A stretch of DNA of 63,377 nt, the filler included, from Octopus bimaculoides (lineage: Eukaryota): the NCBI RefSeq assembly GCF_001194135.2. It is 6 parts of 5 records of this genome, joined end to end, with 100 filler letters (N's around TTAATTAATTAA, not from the genome) between each part and the next. Parts side by side here need not be neighbours in the genome. Positions count along the whole stretch, not along the records: positions 51,645 to 62,062 come from NC_068981.1; positions 62,163 to 63,377 come from NW_026323958.1; 4 more parts are not named here. One strand, 5' to 3'. Positions 51,831-63,377 of the stretch are shown piece by piece. A program made the position numbers and the translations under genes. Position 1 is the stretch's first letter; each line of letters begins with the position of its first letter. The notes under the pieces are model-generated. The model worked only from the letters and a program-made list of their open reading frames with translations, was not told the origin of the DNA and did no database searches.

Positions 51831-53775
51831 TGTTGCTTTTGTTGCTGTTGCATTTTGTCTCAAATCAGTGATGCTTAAACAACCATTTGATCGATCACTT
51901 CGTTGCGTTTGATTTATTCTGGTCTTTCATAAATGATATCAAAGCTATTTCTAATATTTTCTGTGTGTCTCTTATGCCTTTCACTTTTTCTTTACAAGGG
52001 ATAACTGGCACACTTGTTTATCTTGTAACTTAAGTAAAATACTGAAACAAACTCATTACAACGATTACCTAGAATTATGCGATATAGTCATTCTTGAAAT
52101 CAATTATTTATAAACGTATTCAACTTGATACTATCTATGCTTGACTGTTACGCTTAACTGATAGACTAAATAGATGAAACAGCTGAAGATTTTCAAGATA
52201 ATGATACAAATTCGAGTGTTACACTACTAATAGCCTCAAATATGAAATGAAATTGAAGACAAAATTGAAATATTTCTCAATAATATTATAGTTTCTCATT
52301 TAGGCATAAGAGCAGCAATTTTGGTGAGAGACATATACTTGAAGCCATTAACCTTATACTTTATTATATAAACCCTTGACAATAAAGGTTAAGGTTAATC
52401 AAGGCCGGTTTTGAGCTCAGAATGTATGGATTTCAGCATATGTCGGAGATTTTCCGACACTAATGATTCAGCCAGCTCATAATAAAATAATGTTACGAAG
52501 TAATACTTATCGTCACTTTAAGTTGGATGTTCTGTTAGAACAAACATTGCATCCACGTTTAAGTGGGGATAAAGTTTATCTCTCGATATTGATACTGCCT
52601 CTGTCGCTAATATATGATGTTATGAAGTCTATAAATTTATGAATCAAAATAGAAATAAGAATGTTAATAAAATGTGGAAATTCCAAGAATTCAACCAGCT
52701 TTTTAAAACTGAAATATATTGTCTTGTTCAAACACTGAACCTGCTTGTAATATAAAAAAGCTGGTGCTACCATTCATGTAGTAAACAAAGCGTATAACTA
52801 ATCTATAAATATAATTAACGATAATTATAATTAGTTAAAATGACTAAAAGTCTAGTCAGTATGGCTCGGACGACAACCATTAAAAATGAGACACTCTTCA
52901 CATGCATTTGCTATTTATGTTTAATTCATTAACATTTCGGTGTTTAATTAGAATTATTTTTTAGATAAATTCTCACCAATAATTGTTAAAAATTTCTTGG
53001 GTTACAACATTAAATAGGTTAGCATCCCTTTTATTGTAAAGTTTCCACCAAGCAGGCGTCTCCAGGCCTTTTTTTTCAGTCAATCGTTTACGAATTCACT
53101 TGCAAAATGTTTTAAATACGTTCCGTGTCATTCTAACACCAGCATAGACTGTTAGACTACTTTTTTTTTTATAAGTTGCATTAATACCGAAATACATCCG
53201 GAGTTATGCTAACTATCCGACTCATAAACTGATTAATTAAAATTTCTGTCCTTTTTTTTTCAGAAATAATTTTTTGAAAATAATTGTTTTCATCATTTAG
53301 GGCATAATTCAATGGAATAAACTGTTAATAAACCAAGTCAAGCATACCAGTAACACATGTACAATTCAAATTCCATGTAGCAGATTAATCAAGAACGAAG
53401 AATTAGAATATGTATTCTTGTGTCTGGCACGTCCAAACAGCAACCCCCACAAAAAATACATATTGCCTACAGCAGATCCAAAAGTAGTGCTCCTTTAAAA
53501 TGCCGCCCGGGGCGGACAGTCCCTACGCGGCGCCAGATACACTAGTGGGTGAAATCCAGAACCGATAAAACGTCGACCAAAATATCTTGTACATATGTAT
53601 AAATGTGCATGGCCGAGTGGTTAGGGTGGCACATTCACAATCGCAAGGCTTTGTTTTAATTCCTAGACTGGCGGTGTGATGTGTTCTTGAGCAAAACACT
53701 TCATTTAACATTATCCCAGTCACTTGTTTGTAAATGGGCTACCGTGCGACTGTGGTTCCATTCAGAGGAAATGTT

Positions 53776-53830
<55 letters not shown>

Positions 53831-54253
53831 NNNNNNNNNNNNNNNNNNNNNNNNNNNNNNNNNNNNNNNNNNNNNNNNNNNNNNNNNNNNNNNNNNNNNN
53901 NNNNNNNNNNNNNNNNNNNNNNNNNNNNNNNNNNNNNNNNNNNNNNNNNNNNNNNNNNNNNNNNNNNNNNNNNNNNNNNNNNNNNNNNNNNNNNNNNNNN
54001 NNNNNNNNNNNNNNNNNNNNNNNNNNNNNNNNNNNNNNNNNNNNNNNNNNNNNNNNNNNNNNNNNNNNNNNNNNNNNNNNNNNNNNNNNNNNNNNNNNNN
54101 NNNNNNNNNNNNNNNNNNNNNNNNNNNNNNNNNNNNNNNNNNNNNNNNNNNNNNNNNNNNNNNNNNNNNNNNNNNNNNNNNNNNNNNNNNNNNNNNNNNN
54201 NNNNNNNNNNNNNNNNNNNNNNNNNNNNNNNNNNNNNNNNNNNNNNNNNNNNN

Positions 54254-54285
<32 letters not shown>

Positions 54286-55339
54286 TTCTTTCGCGTGTTT
54301 CAGTCATTTGGCTGTGGCCGTGTTGGGGTACTGCCTTTAAGGTTTCTAGTCGCAGAAATTGACCTAGGACTTATTCTATCGGTGCCTTTTGCCAAACCAG
54401 TGAATTACGGGGATATAAACAGTGGTTATCAAGCGATTACGGGGGAGGGGGACAACCGGCCCCCACAAATACACACACACATACGCACACACGCACACAC
54501 ACACTTACACACAAACACACTTACACACACACACTTACACACACACACACACACACATATATACAAGAGCCTTCTTTCAGTTTCCGTCTTTAAATCCACT
54601 TGTGGGCTTTAGTTAGCCCGGGGCTATATTAGAAGACACTTGCCAAAGGTGCCTCGCTGTGGGACTGAACTCGGAACCATGCGGTTGGGAAGCAAGCTTC
54701 TTACACAACAGCCACGCTGTACATAAACGCATGTATAAATTCATTCTAGTTGGTAAGCTTATATATATACCAGCAAATGTTCTCTTTGCGGTTTCTTTAA
54801 ACAAATAGAAGTACTTTCTGTCGCCAGAATTCTTAGATGAGTTTCATTCTCTAGAAAGTACAACACCATTGTCTGAGAATCCTCTGACTTCGATTGGAAT
54901 GTGTGATATTTAAGTTAAAGTCAGCAGTGGAAATGTCTGTTTTCAGACAAAGTCTCTCGTTCGGGTGTGCAGAAACGTGTTCAAATAGATATACATAAAA
55001 CTAATTTGATCTTCGCTACTTCGGGTCGACCTATTCAATATATATGTTCTTGATTGTACAATAAAGATACTCTAGTGTGCATTTTGCACATTGAAAATAT
55101 TCTTATCTTCGCCTCTATATTAACTTATACGTATCCACATGTAATTTGTACCAAAGGCAGGAGATTGACGTTTTTGAGCAGTAGATCACCATCTATTCAA
55201 GAATAAGGCCACACTCCAAAGACTGAGTATTCTATCGGGTAACCTATCTAGAGGAAAATTTACCATTTCTGACAGTCTATGCTATAAAATAAATAGCCAT
55301 GCATGATAATAACGACTAATTTTGAATTGTGGACATTTG

Positions 55340-55426
<87 letters not shown>

Positions 55427-57346
55427 CGCACACACACACACACACACACATATGAAATTCTGATTTATGTATGAAATTAATGTGAAAGTGATTTAATACT
55501 TTTCTTCTTGGTAATATCTACATGGTTTTATTTTCCCTTTGTGTTTACCTCTGTACTGAATAACATCCATAGTTGAATCTTTTATGATAAACACGTGTAT
55601 ATATATATATGTATATATAATATATCAACATACGTAGCATTTTTATTATGTGCTCTATGTGAGCAATAATTGAAAGTATTATCTATATACGAATTCAGCT
55701 GAAGACGACCTCAAACTTAACTTGTCTAGAGGGTGCAGCTTAAAATGATCTTAAAACATATTCATCTGAAAAGAACTTAGACCGTTCCAATGTGTCTGCA
55801 GGTGGCGTTATCATGAATAAGATGGAATTTATTTAATTTAAGCTGAGAAGAGTATTGACAGAAGTTATCCTCTGTGATCTGCAGTAACTACTTCTAGTTT
55901 ACGGTGTAGCTTACAACAATAATTATTTGTCCCATTATACACTTTAATTAACATTTATTACTTAAGCATACTATTAGAAATAGGCTTATAAATTGCATTT
56001 CTCTTTCTTTCATTCATTCAGCTGTTCTTTCTTTGTTTGCACTAGCACATTTGGGAACAAATTAAAATCGATATCCGTCTTCGTATATAACAAAACCCCT
56101 TTTAGAATTTTCTTGTCGCCTTCAAATAATTTCAATGATATTACTTTCATCATCTCTAGGAAGCTTCTTATGTGATATTGATTAGTTTTTCAATCTTTAT
56201 CTGAGGCTGGCTGTTCGTTCTTGACTGCTTTTAGTTTACGGCATTCAAATATGGTGAATGTGTATAAGAATACTTCTTTCTACTAGCGAAGAATGAGGAT
56301 TATACATACTTAACTTACATACAGGAGGAATACAGTTAGATACAAAATATATTCAAGTGCAGTTAATAATTTTGATTCATTTTGTAAAGCTAAGTACTCG
56401 ACGACATTGTAGTCAACTTCCCCTAATATTTCAGGATTCAAACAATATCATAGACAACTGTTAGATGTCTTCTAACCGGAAGCTTTTTACATACATTAGT
56501 AATTGATCAAAAGATACAAAGGCTAACAATGAACTTTCATTTACACACTTCAGTTTCTTTGTTTAGATGATTATTCACTTCTGCTATCTCCGAATGAAAT
56601 AATAGACAACATCAAGAAACCATACAAATACAGGAAAAGTGATATGTTAATTATTGTTCTATGCTAATGTAAATATATATGAAGATAAATGCGAAGCGAT
56701 GTAAGGATAAATAATTTGAAATAACGAGTTCCTTTGACTGTACATATTTGTGTGAAAAGAGAATAATCGATTGATATGAACTTAATATATTTATTCATTC
56801 CTCGTTATTTAATCCAGATATAGCTATTGTTTCTTTAGTATGATGGTCCTCTAGAATTAAGAAAAGTCTAGATTGAGCATAAACAAATTGATAGGATAAA
56901 AGCAACTGGAATGAAGGACCAAACTTTAAACCTATATTATTGACAGTAGGCGAATAGGAACATCACTCATTCTGAAATGATTATATAACTCATTGAAGTA
57001 GTTATTTCAAGAAGGGGACTCGATTAACTTGAACGGGCCTGATTAAAAGTGCCACACGACCAAAACATCATTGACTAGCAGAAACTCCATAAATTCTCCA
57101 ATAAGAGAGCAAGAATGAGGAGACTAAACTCGCGTAGGTAAGTAAGAATATAGTATCCATGTCATGCAGTCGTTGTCTCTCCATGAAATCGGAATTGTCT
57201 GTACAAGTACAAAAGTGTTGCAGACGTCAGATGTCCAAAAGATCGCAGGGTATTGTGAAGTGTAGTGTTTCGCTCAAAACCACAACGAGCATCTCGGTCC
57301 AGGTATCAATACCACAGTCGCTAGAGTACCAATCTAAACAGGCGTC

Positions 57347-57417
<71 letters not shown>

Positions 57418-58284
57418 NNNNNNNNNNNNNNNNNNNNNNNNNNNNNNNNNNNNNNNNNNNNNNNNNNNNNNNNNNNNNNNNNNNNNNNNNNNNNNNNNNN
57501 NNNNNNNNNNNNNNNNNNNNNNNNNNNNNNNNNNNNNNNNNNNNNNNNNNNNNNNNNNNNNNNNNNNNNNNNNNNNNNNNNNNNNNNNNNNNNNNNNNNN
57601 NNNNNNNNNNNNNNNNNNNNNNNNNNNNNNNNNNNNNNNNNNNNNNNNNNNNNNNNNNNNNNNNNNNNNNNNNNNNNNNNNNNNNNNNNNNNNNNNNNNN
57701 NNNNNNNNNNNNNNNNNNNNNNNNNNNNNNNNNNNNNNNNNNNNNNNNNNNNNNNNNNNNNNNNNNNNNNNNNNNNNNNNNNNNNNNNNNNNNNNNNNNN
57801 NNNNNNNNNNNNNNNNNNNNNNNNNNNNNNNNNNNNNNNNNNNNNNNNNNNNNNNNNNNNNNNNNNNNNNNNNNNNNNNNNNNNNNNNNNNNNNNNNNNN
57901 NNNNNNNNNNNNNNNNNNNNNNNNNNNNNNNNNNNNNNNNNNNNNNNNNNNNNNNNNNNNNNNNNNNNNNNNNNNNNNNNNNNNNNNNNNNNNNNNNNNN
58001 NNNNNNNNNNNNNNNNNNNNNNNNNNNNNNNNNNNNNNNNNNNNNNNNNNNNNNNNNNNNNNNNNNNNNNNNNNNNNNNNNNNNNNNNNNNNNNNNNNNN
58101 NNNNNNNNNNNNNNNNNNNNNNNNNNNNNNNNNNNNNNNNNNNNNNNNNNNNNNNNNNNNNNNNNNNNNNNNNNNNNNNNNNNNNNNNNNNNNNNNNNNN
58201 NNNNNNNNNNNNNNNNNNNNNNNNNNNNNNNNNNNNNNNNNNNNNNNAAATCATTAAAGGCATTCTTTGTCATATTATTTGGAT

Positions 58285-58347
<63 letters not shown>

Positions 58348-59615
58348 TTAAAATATGTATATGTATATACGTATGTATGTGTATGCACACATTCACCTAC
58401 CCACACGCATAATATAACCAATTATACTTAATTGTATGCCAGTTAATTAAGTAACTTGGTTAACTGCAACGCTCAATTTTGTATCATAATACCTTCTGTA
58501 AAATTTAGTTGTAAATTCCATGTCCAAATAATTTCAGTTTATTAGCTCTGTTCTTTGCACCTCAGCGGTGACTGGTTTCGTGCTATCCCATCAAATCCTT
58601 ACAGTTCACACTTCTTTCCTCATAAAATAAGTTATCTTCTACCGTTGAAATAAGTTATGTGGTACCATTCTTGAGACGAATTTAGATATGCGAAATGTTA
58701 CAAAGTCGGACTTTGTAGTAAGAAGCTTTTTTCCCAGCCCCATGGTTTCGAGTTCAGCCCCATTACGTGGCGCCTTGGGTAACTGTTTTCTTCTACAGAT
58801 TCAGCCCAATAAAGCCTTGTGAGTGGATTTGGTAGACGGAAATTGAAAGAAGCCCATCGTATATTTGTGTGTGTATGTGTGTGATTGTGTGTATGTATAT
58901 TTAGTGTCTGTGTGTGTGCCTTTACGTCAGCATTTGTCCCTCACTATCGCTTGACAACCGTTGTTGGTGTGTTTATGTCTTGGTAATCTAGCACTTCGGC
59001 AAAAGAGACCAGTAGAATTAGAACTAAGCTTTAAAAAATACTGTGGACGATATATTCGACAAAATTTTCGTCAAAGCAGTGCTCCAGCATGGCCGCAGTT
59101 AAATGACTGAAACAAGTAAAAGATAAATAATAAAGGATAAAAAGTCAGAAAGATGGTATTTGTAAATATCTTTCTTCCTTTCGTCACTATTCTTTTCCCT
59201 CCGCCTCTTATATATCTCTTCCTGTCCATCAAAATGGCAAATTTTCAATGTATATGTTCGTTCACCCACAAAAGATTATTTTGTTGCCTGATTGAACTGC
59301 TAGAGTTGGAAAACAGTGAATTGACACAGAAATATTTATGCACATATATATATATATGAATATGTAGAGGTATATACATGTAAATATAGCTTAGCCGTCA
59401 CTTGAAAACCTGTATGAATTTTTGTCTTGTACTATGCATTCCCAAACTGTTTTAGGTACAATGTACTCACGCGATGTAGACAACAGAATATTTCATATTC
59501 AACTCATATTCAACTAAGTTGACTAGCGTAATGTGAAATGGTATGCACAGACCAGGAATTGAGCTAACAATCTTGTTATGAGACGAACACCTTATCAACC
59601 GGTCCTTCCGTCTTC

Positions 59616-59651
<36 letters not shown>

Positions 59652-59652
59652 C

Positions 59653-59717
<65 letters not shown>

Positions 59718-60192
59718 ATACACACATAAAAAAACACATATATGCCACGCTAGCATATTATATAAAAATACAGAACCAGCACAAGCGCTGATGTCACTAA
59801 AGGCCAGTAGGCCTATTAAGTAACAAAGAGATAAAGGCAGTATTAATACGCAAAGGCAAAATTGGCAAAATATTCACCACTTCAAGGTTGTTGTTGCGTT
59901 AGAACACATAAATACTACGATATTTACCAAGAGAGAAAACTCTCACATAATTATATAGTGCATAAAAGCACATCATATCCATCGTTTGCGGCAGACAATC
60001 ACCGCTACGTCCGCCACTCGTGATTTCGGCTTGATACAAACCAAGCGGTTAGTGAATATTTTAGGTAGTGAATAATTTACATTTGGTTATTAATATTGAC
60101 TCGATCGCTCCTTATTTTAATAATCCCACTGGCTTTTAGCGGCATCAGCGCCTTTTTGGTTATGAATTTTGTATATCGATAAACACATAAAC

Positions 60193-60256
<64 letters not shown>

Positions 60257-60298
60257 NNNNNNNNNNNNNNNNNNNNNNNNNNNNNNNNNNNNNNNNNN

Positions 60299-60337
<39 letters not shown>

Positions 60338-60345
60338 TACAATAA

Positions 60346-60403
<58 letters not shown>

Positions 60404-60665
60404 CCTATCTATCTATATGTTGATTAATTCACAAACTTTCATGCAAGTATATGTACTAAAATTTTAACAAAATACGACCCGACAATAATTTGAATGTCAT
60501 AATTAGCAATAGCGAAACCGGTCGTCAGCTACAGTACTCTTCCATTTAATATATATTAGGACTATGTAAATTGTATGCATTTTCCTTCTATTTATATATA
60601 AATCTTGCATTACAACTCACTACGTGGGGATAATCGAAATTCTCTCCCTCCACTTTCTTACTAAT

Positions 60666-60723
<58 letters not shown>

Positions 60724-60738
60724 CATATATATACATAC

Positions 60739-60772
<34 letters not shown>

Positions 60773-60906
60773 TGGATGTGTATAAGTTCTACACCTATAT
60801 TTTTATATCTACATACTTCTAATTCCTTGATATTTCTTCTTCTTAGTTCGGGTATAAAATGTAAACAGCCGGAATAGTCATTAAACTCCTTTCTATTTGT
60901 AGAAAG

Positions 60907-60967
<61 letters not shown>

Positions 60968-61127
60968 AGTGTGTGTATGTGTGTGTGTGTGTGTATGTAT
61001 GTGTGTGTGCACGTGTGCATGCAAGTACGCATGTGTGTGTATGTGTGTGTGTGTGTGTGTGTGTGTATACATGTGCGCATCTTCCAATGTATCTCTGCTT
61101 TCTCTGCGTGACTACATCTCTTTTCTG

Positions 61128-61474
61128 CTCTAGGTGATGGAGGACAAGCACATACAATGACACACAGTTGGAAGGCCACTCTTGCGCTTCAAAGACACAC
61201 TAAAAGACTATCTGAAGCCATGCAACAATCCCGTTTCTTCCTGGGAAATCAAAGCATCAGAACGCAGAACCTGGCGACAATCGTGCTTCTCCAAAGATTT
61301 GAGCAAATTCAGCTCCAACACCAGGACCAACTTCGTGCAAGCATGAAGGCACGCTGTCAAAACGCTGCTCTTCCAAATAGAATCCTCATCTGTCATTGTG
61401 GTTGTACCATTTGCCAAAAGGTTTGCGAAGTACCAGTAGGTCTCATGACACACATTCGTGTCCATAGAATATGA
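61128..61474 (+). mobile_element. RTE-clade LINE 3' ORF remnant
   Basis: VGRPLLRFKDTLKDYLKPC...WEIKASERRTWR, then a frameshift to C-x2-C...GLMTHIRVH, the C-terminal zinc finger typical of RTE. Confidence 0.82.
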
Positions 61475-61504
61475 TTAACACTTTAATTTACTGGACTCTC
61501 ATTT

Positions 61505-62010
61505 GTCATTCACGACTGTATTGTAACTTGCGATGAAAAGTGGAGATCATACAATAATAAAAAAATGTTCTTCGCAGTGGTCGGACCAAAATGAAGCACT
61601 GAAAACCTTCCCTAAACCCGAGTTTCAAAATGAAGGCTATGGTGACTGTTTGGTGGTGTACTGCTGGAGTCATCCACTGTAACTTTTTCAAACCCGAACG
61701 AACGAAAAACTACTACACCTCCGTCTCAGACTGGTCAATAGAAAAGGGCCAGTCGTTCTTAATGAGAATGCTTGACCACACGTTTCATGAATGATGCTCC
61801 ATAAGTTGAGGGAACTTGGCTTCGAAGTTCTCCCCCGTCCAGCTTATTTCCCAGACCTTTCTCCTACTGGCTATCACTTTTTCAAGCACCTTGATGGTTT
61901 CCTGCGAGAGCAGACGTTCAGAAATCAAACCGATGCTGAAAGTGCGTTCAAAACCAACTTGTAACTCCTTGGCAAAACTGTGCTAATTGTAATCGTACTT
62001 ATTTAATGAA
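61505..62010 (+). pseudogene. Decayed mariner transposase (catalytic half)
   Basis: IVTCDEKW...VTVWWCTAGVIH...PAYFPDLSPTGYHFFKHL. Confidence 0.88.
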
Positions 62011-63198
62011 TAAATTTTCCACCTTGTTGAAATATATTGTGATGAATTTCATGTTTCAAAATNNNNNNNNNNNNNNNNNNNNNNNNNNNNNNNNNNNNNN
62101 NNNNNNTTAATTAATTAANNNNNNNNNNNNNNNNNNNNNNNNNNNNNNNNNNNNNNNNNNNNAATCCTTCGTCGTCTGTCTAGGCAGATATCGGACATCT
62201 GGAACTCTGACAGAGTGAGTTGATATCCCCTTCGATAAAACCAGGAACATTTACAGAACGAATATCGACGCTTAAAATGGATTTATCTTTAATAAGATAC
62301 ATAAATATTATTAGAATGAGCATTCAACTACTCCAAAGGACTCGAATATTCCGGCTCAAAAGCTGGAGCCTTATGCACTAAGGACCCCACATTTTAGCTT
62401 AAAAGACTATAAACCAGACTTTCTAACTAACACCTCCATCAAGTTAATATGTCCTTCCATGTCGGATCTGGGTAGGATTAGTATGAGAACAGAGTAAGCT
62501 AACCCTTTGGCGTAGATCGAAAGATATCCAAATAGTGATGGTATTTGGTCGGAAATTGATGAATTCAGCATGTCCACGTTCAATCTCTGTATGTTTTCTC
62601 TATTTTTCTGTGTGTTCCTTTGTCGTACTCTTGGGCCACATGTTTATTAGAATGTCCATATGTATGTATATGTTGGTATATATGCATGTATCTATACACG
62701 TTGACGTGATTATGTGTGAGTTTGAGCGCATCTGCTCCACACAATATAGATCCCTTCACTATATTTTATCTGTTGGTAAACTCTTGCATCAACAAATATA
62801 GAGTGTGAATATCGAAGTAAACTTTGGTAATAATAATATTAACTTAGTTTAAACAAGTAATTTTTACTCTGTTAATCCCTTATTTTCCCCCCTCTGATTT
62901 CCATTTCACTTAACAACACTATCTCTCACTTTAGATTAATAGACCATCCATCACCATTATATATTGTCATACACTTAATATCTTACTAGTTCATACAAGC
63001 ATCATTTTCCTATATATATAACATTGCCTTAATCTTTATTACCACACGTCTATCGTGTGTATGTGCGTACACATATATGGATGTGTACGTATGTATGTAT
63101 GTATGTATGTATGTATGTATGTATGTATGTATGTATGTGTATGTATGTGTGTATATATATATATATGTATGTGTACATATGTATGTATGTATATGAAC

Positions 63199-63257
<59 letters not shown>

Positions 63258-63377
63258 TTTATGTCAACACTACATTATAAATACAAGATTAATTCTCCTT
63301 TGCGGTCCCATTATACATAAAACACCATTCTCCCATTTTTAATCGGGTTTTAAATCATTTTATTGACTTCCCATTCT

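Noticed and set aside
54828-56660. Exon-like snippets (FLDEFHSLES..., DDYSLLLSPNEIIDNIKK...)
   Set aside because: Acceptors are plausible, but there is no consistent donor/phase chain or recognisable domain.
61157-61474. Standalone C2H2 zinc-finger gene
   Set aside because: The upstream homology (GRP..RFKD) is in another frame. It is a frameshifted RTE LINE C-terminus.
62163-62500. Strong + strand donors (ACAGA|GTGAGT, ACAGA|GTAAGC) and a 47-aa minus ORF
   Set aside because: No supportable gene model, and the upstream sequence is a gap.

Overview
AT-rich, microsatellite-dense, gap-rich animal genomic DNA. The SINE content suggests an octopus or other coleoid cephalopod (inference). Two spliced + strand genes are supported: a complete 4-exon neuferricin/CYB5D2 gene (12891-21611, 314 aa) and a secreted stanniocalcin-like gene (47427-51067) whose exon 2 is predicted to lie in the 48733-49668 gap. 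The rest is mostly tRNA-derived SINE families, decayed mariner/Tc1/DD37D-like transposases, hAT/piggyBac/mariner MITEs, RTE and Tx1 LINE ends, a probable solo LTR and simple repeats. The most striking unexplained structure is RNA-fold potential inside the two genes. A ~225 bp inverted duplication brackets the in-frame exon 2 of neuferricin, nested inverted repeat pairs bracket exon 3, and a ~145 bp-stem fold-back sits in intron 1 of the stanniocalcin-like gene. These are candidates for ADAR editing, exon skipping or back-splicing. Several inverted duplications abut broken transposon ends. A TATA/Inr/CCAAT minus-strand promoter near 4045 has no identifiable product. All alignments were done by eye, family names come from memory, and repeat boundaries are approximate.
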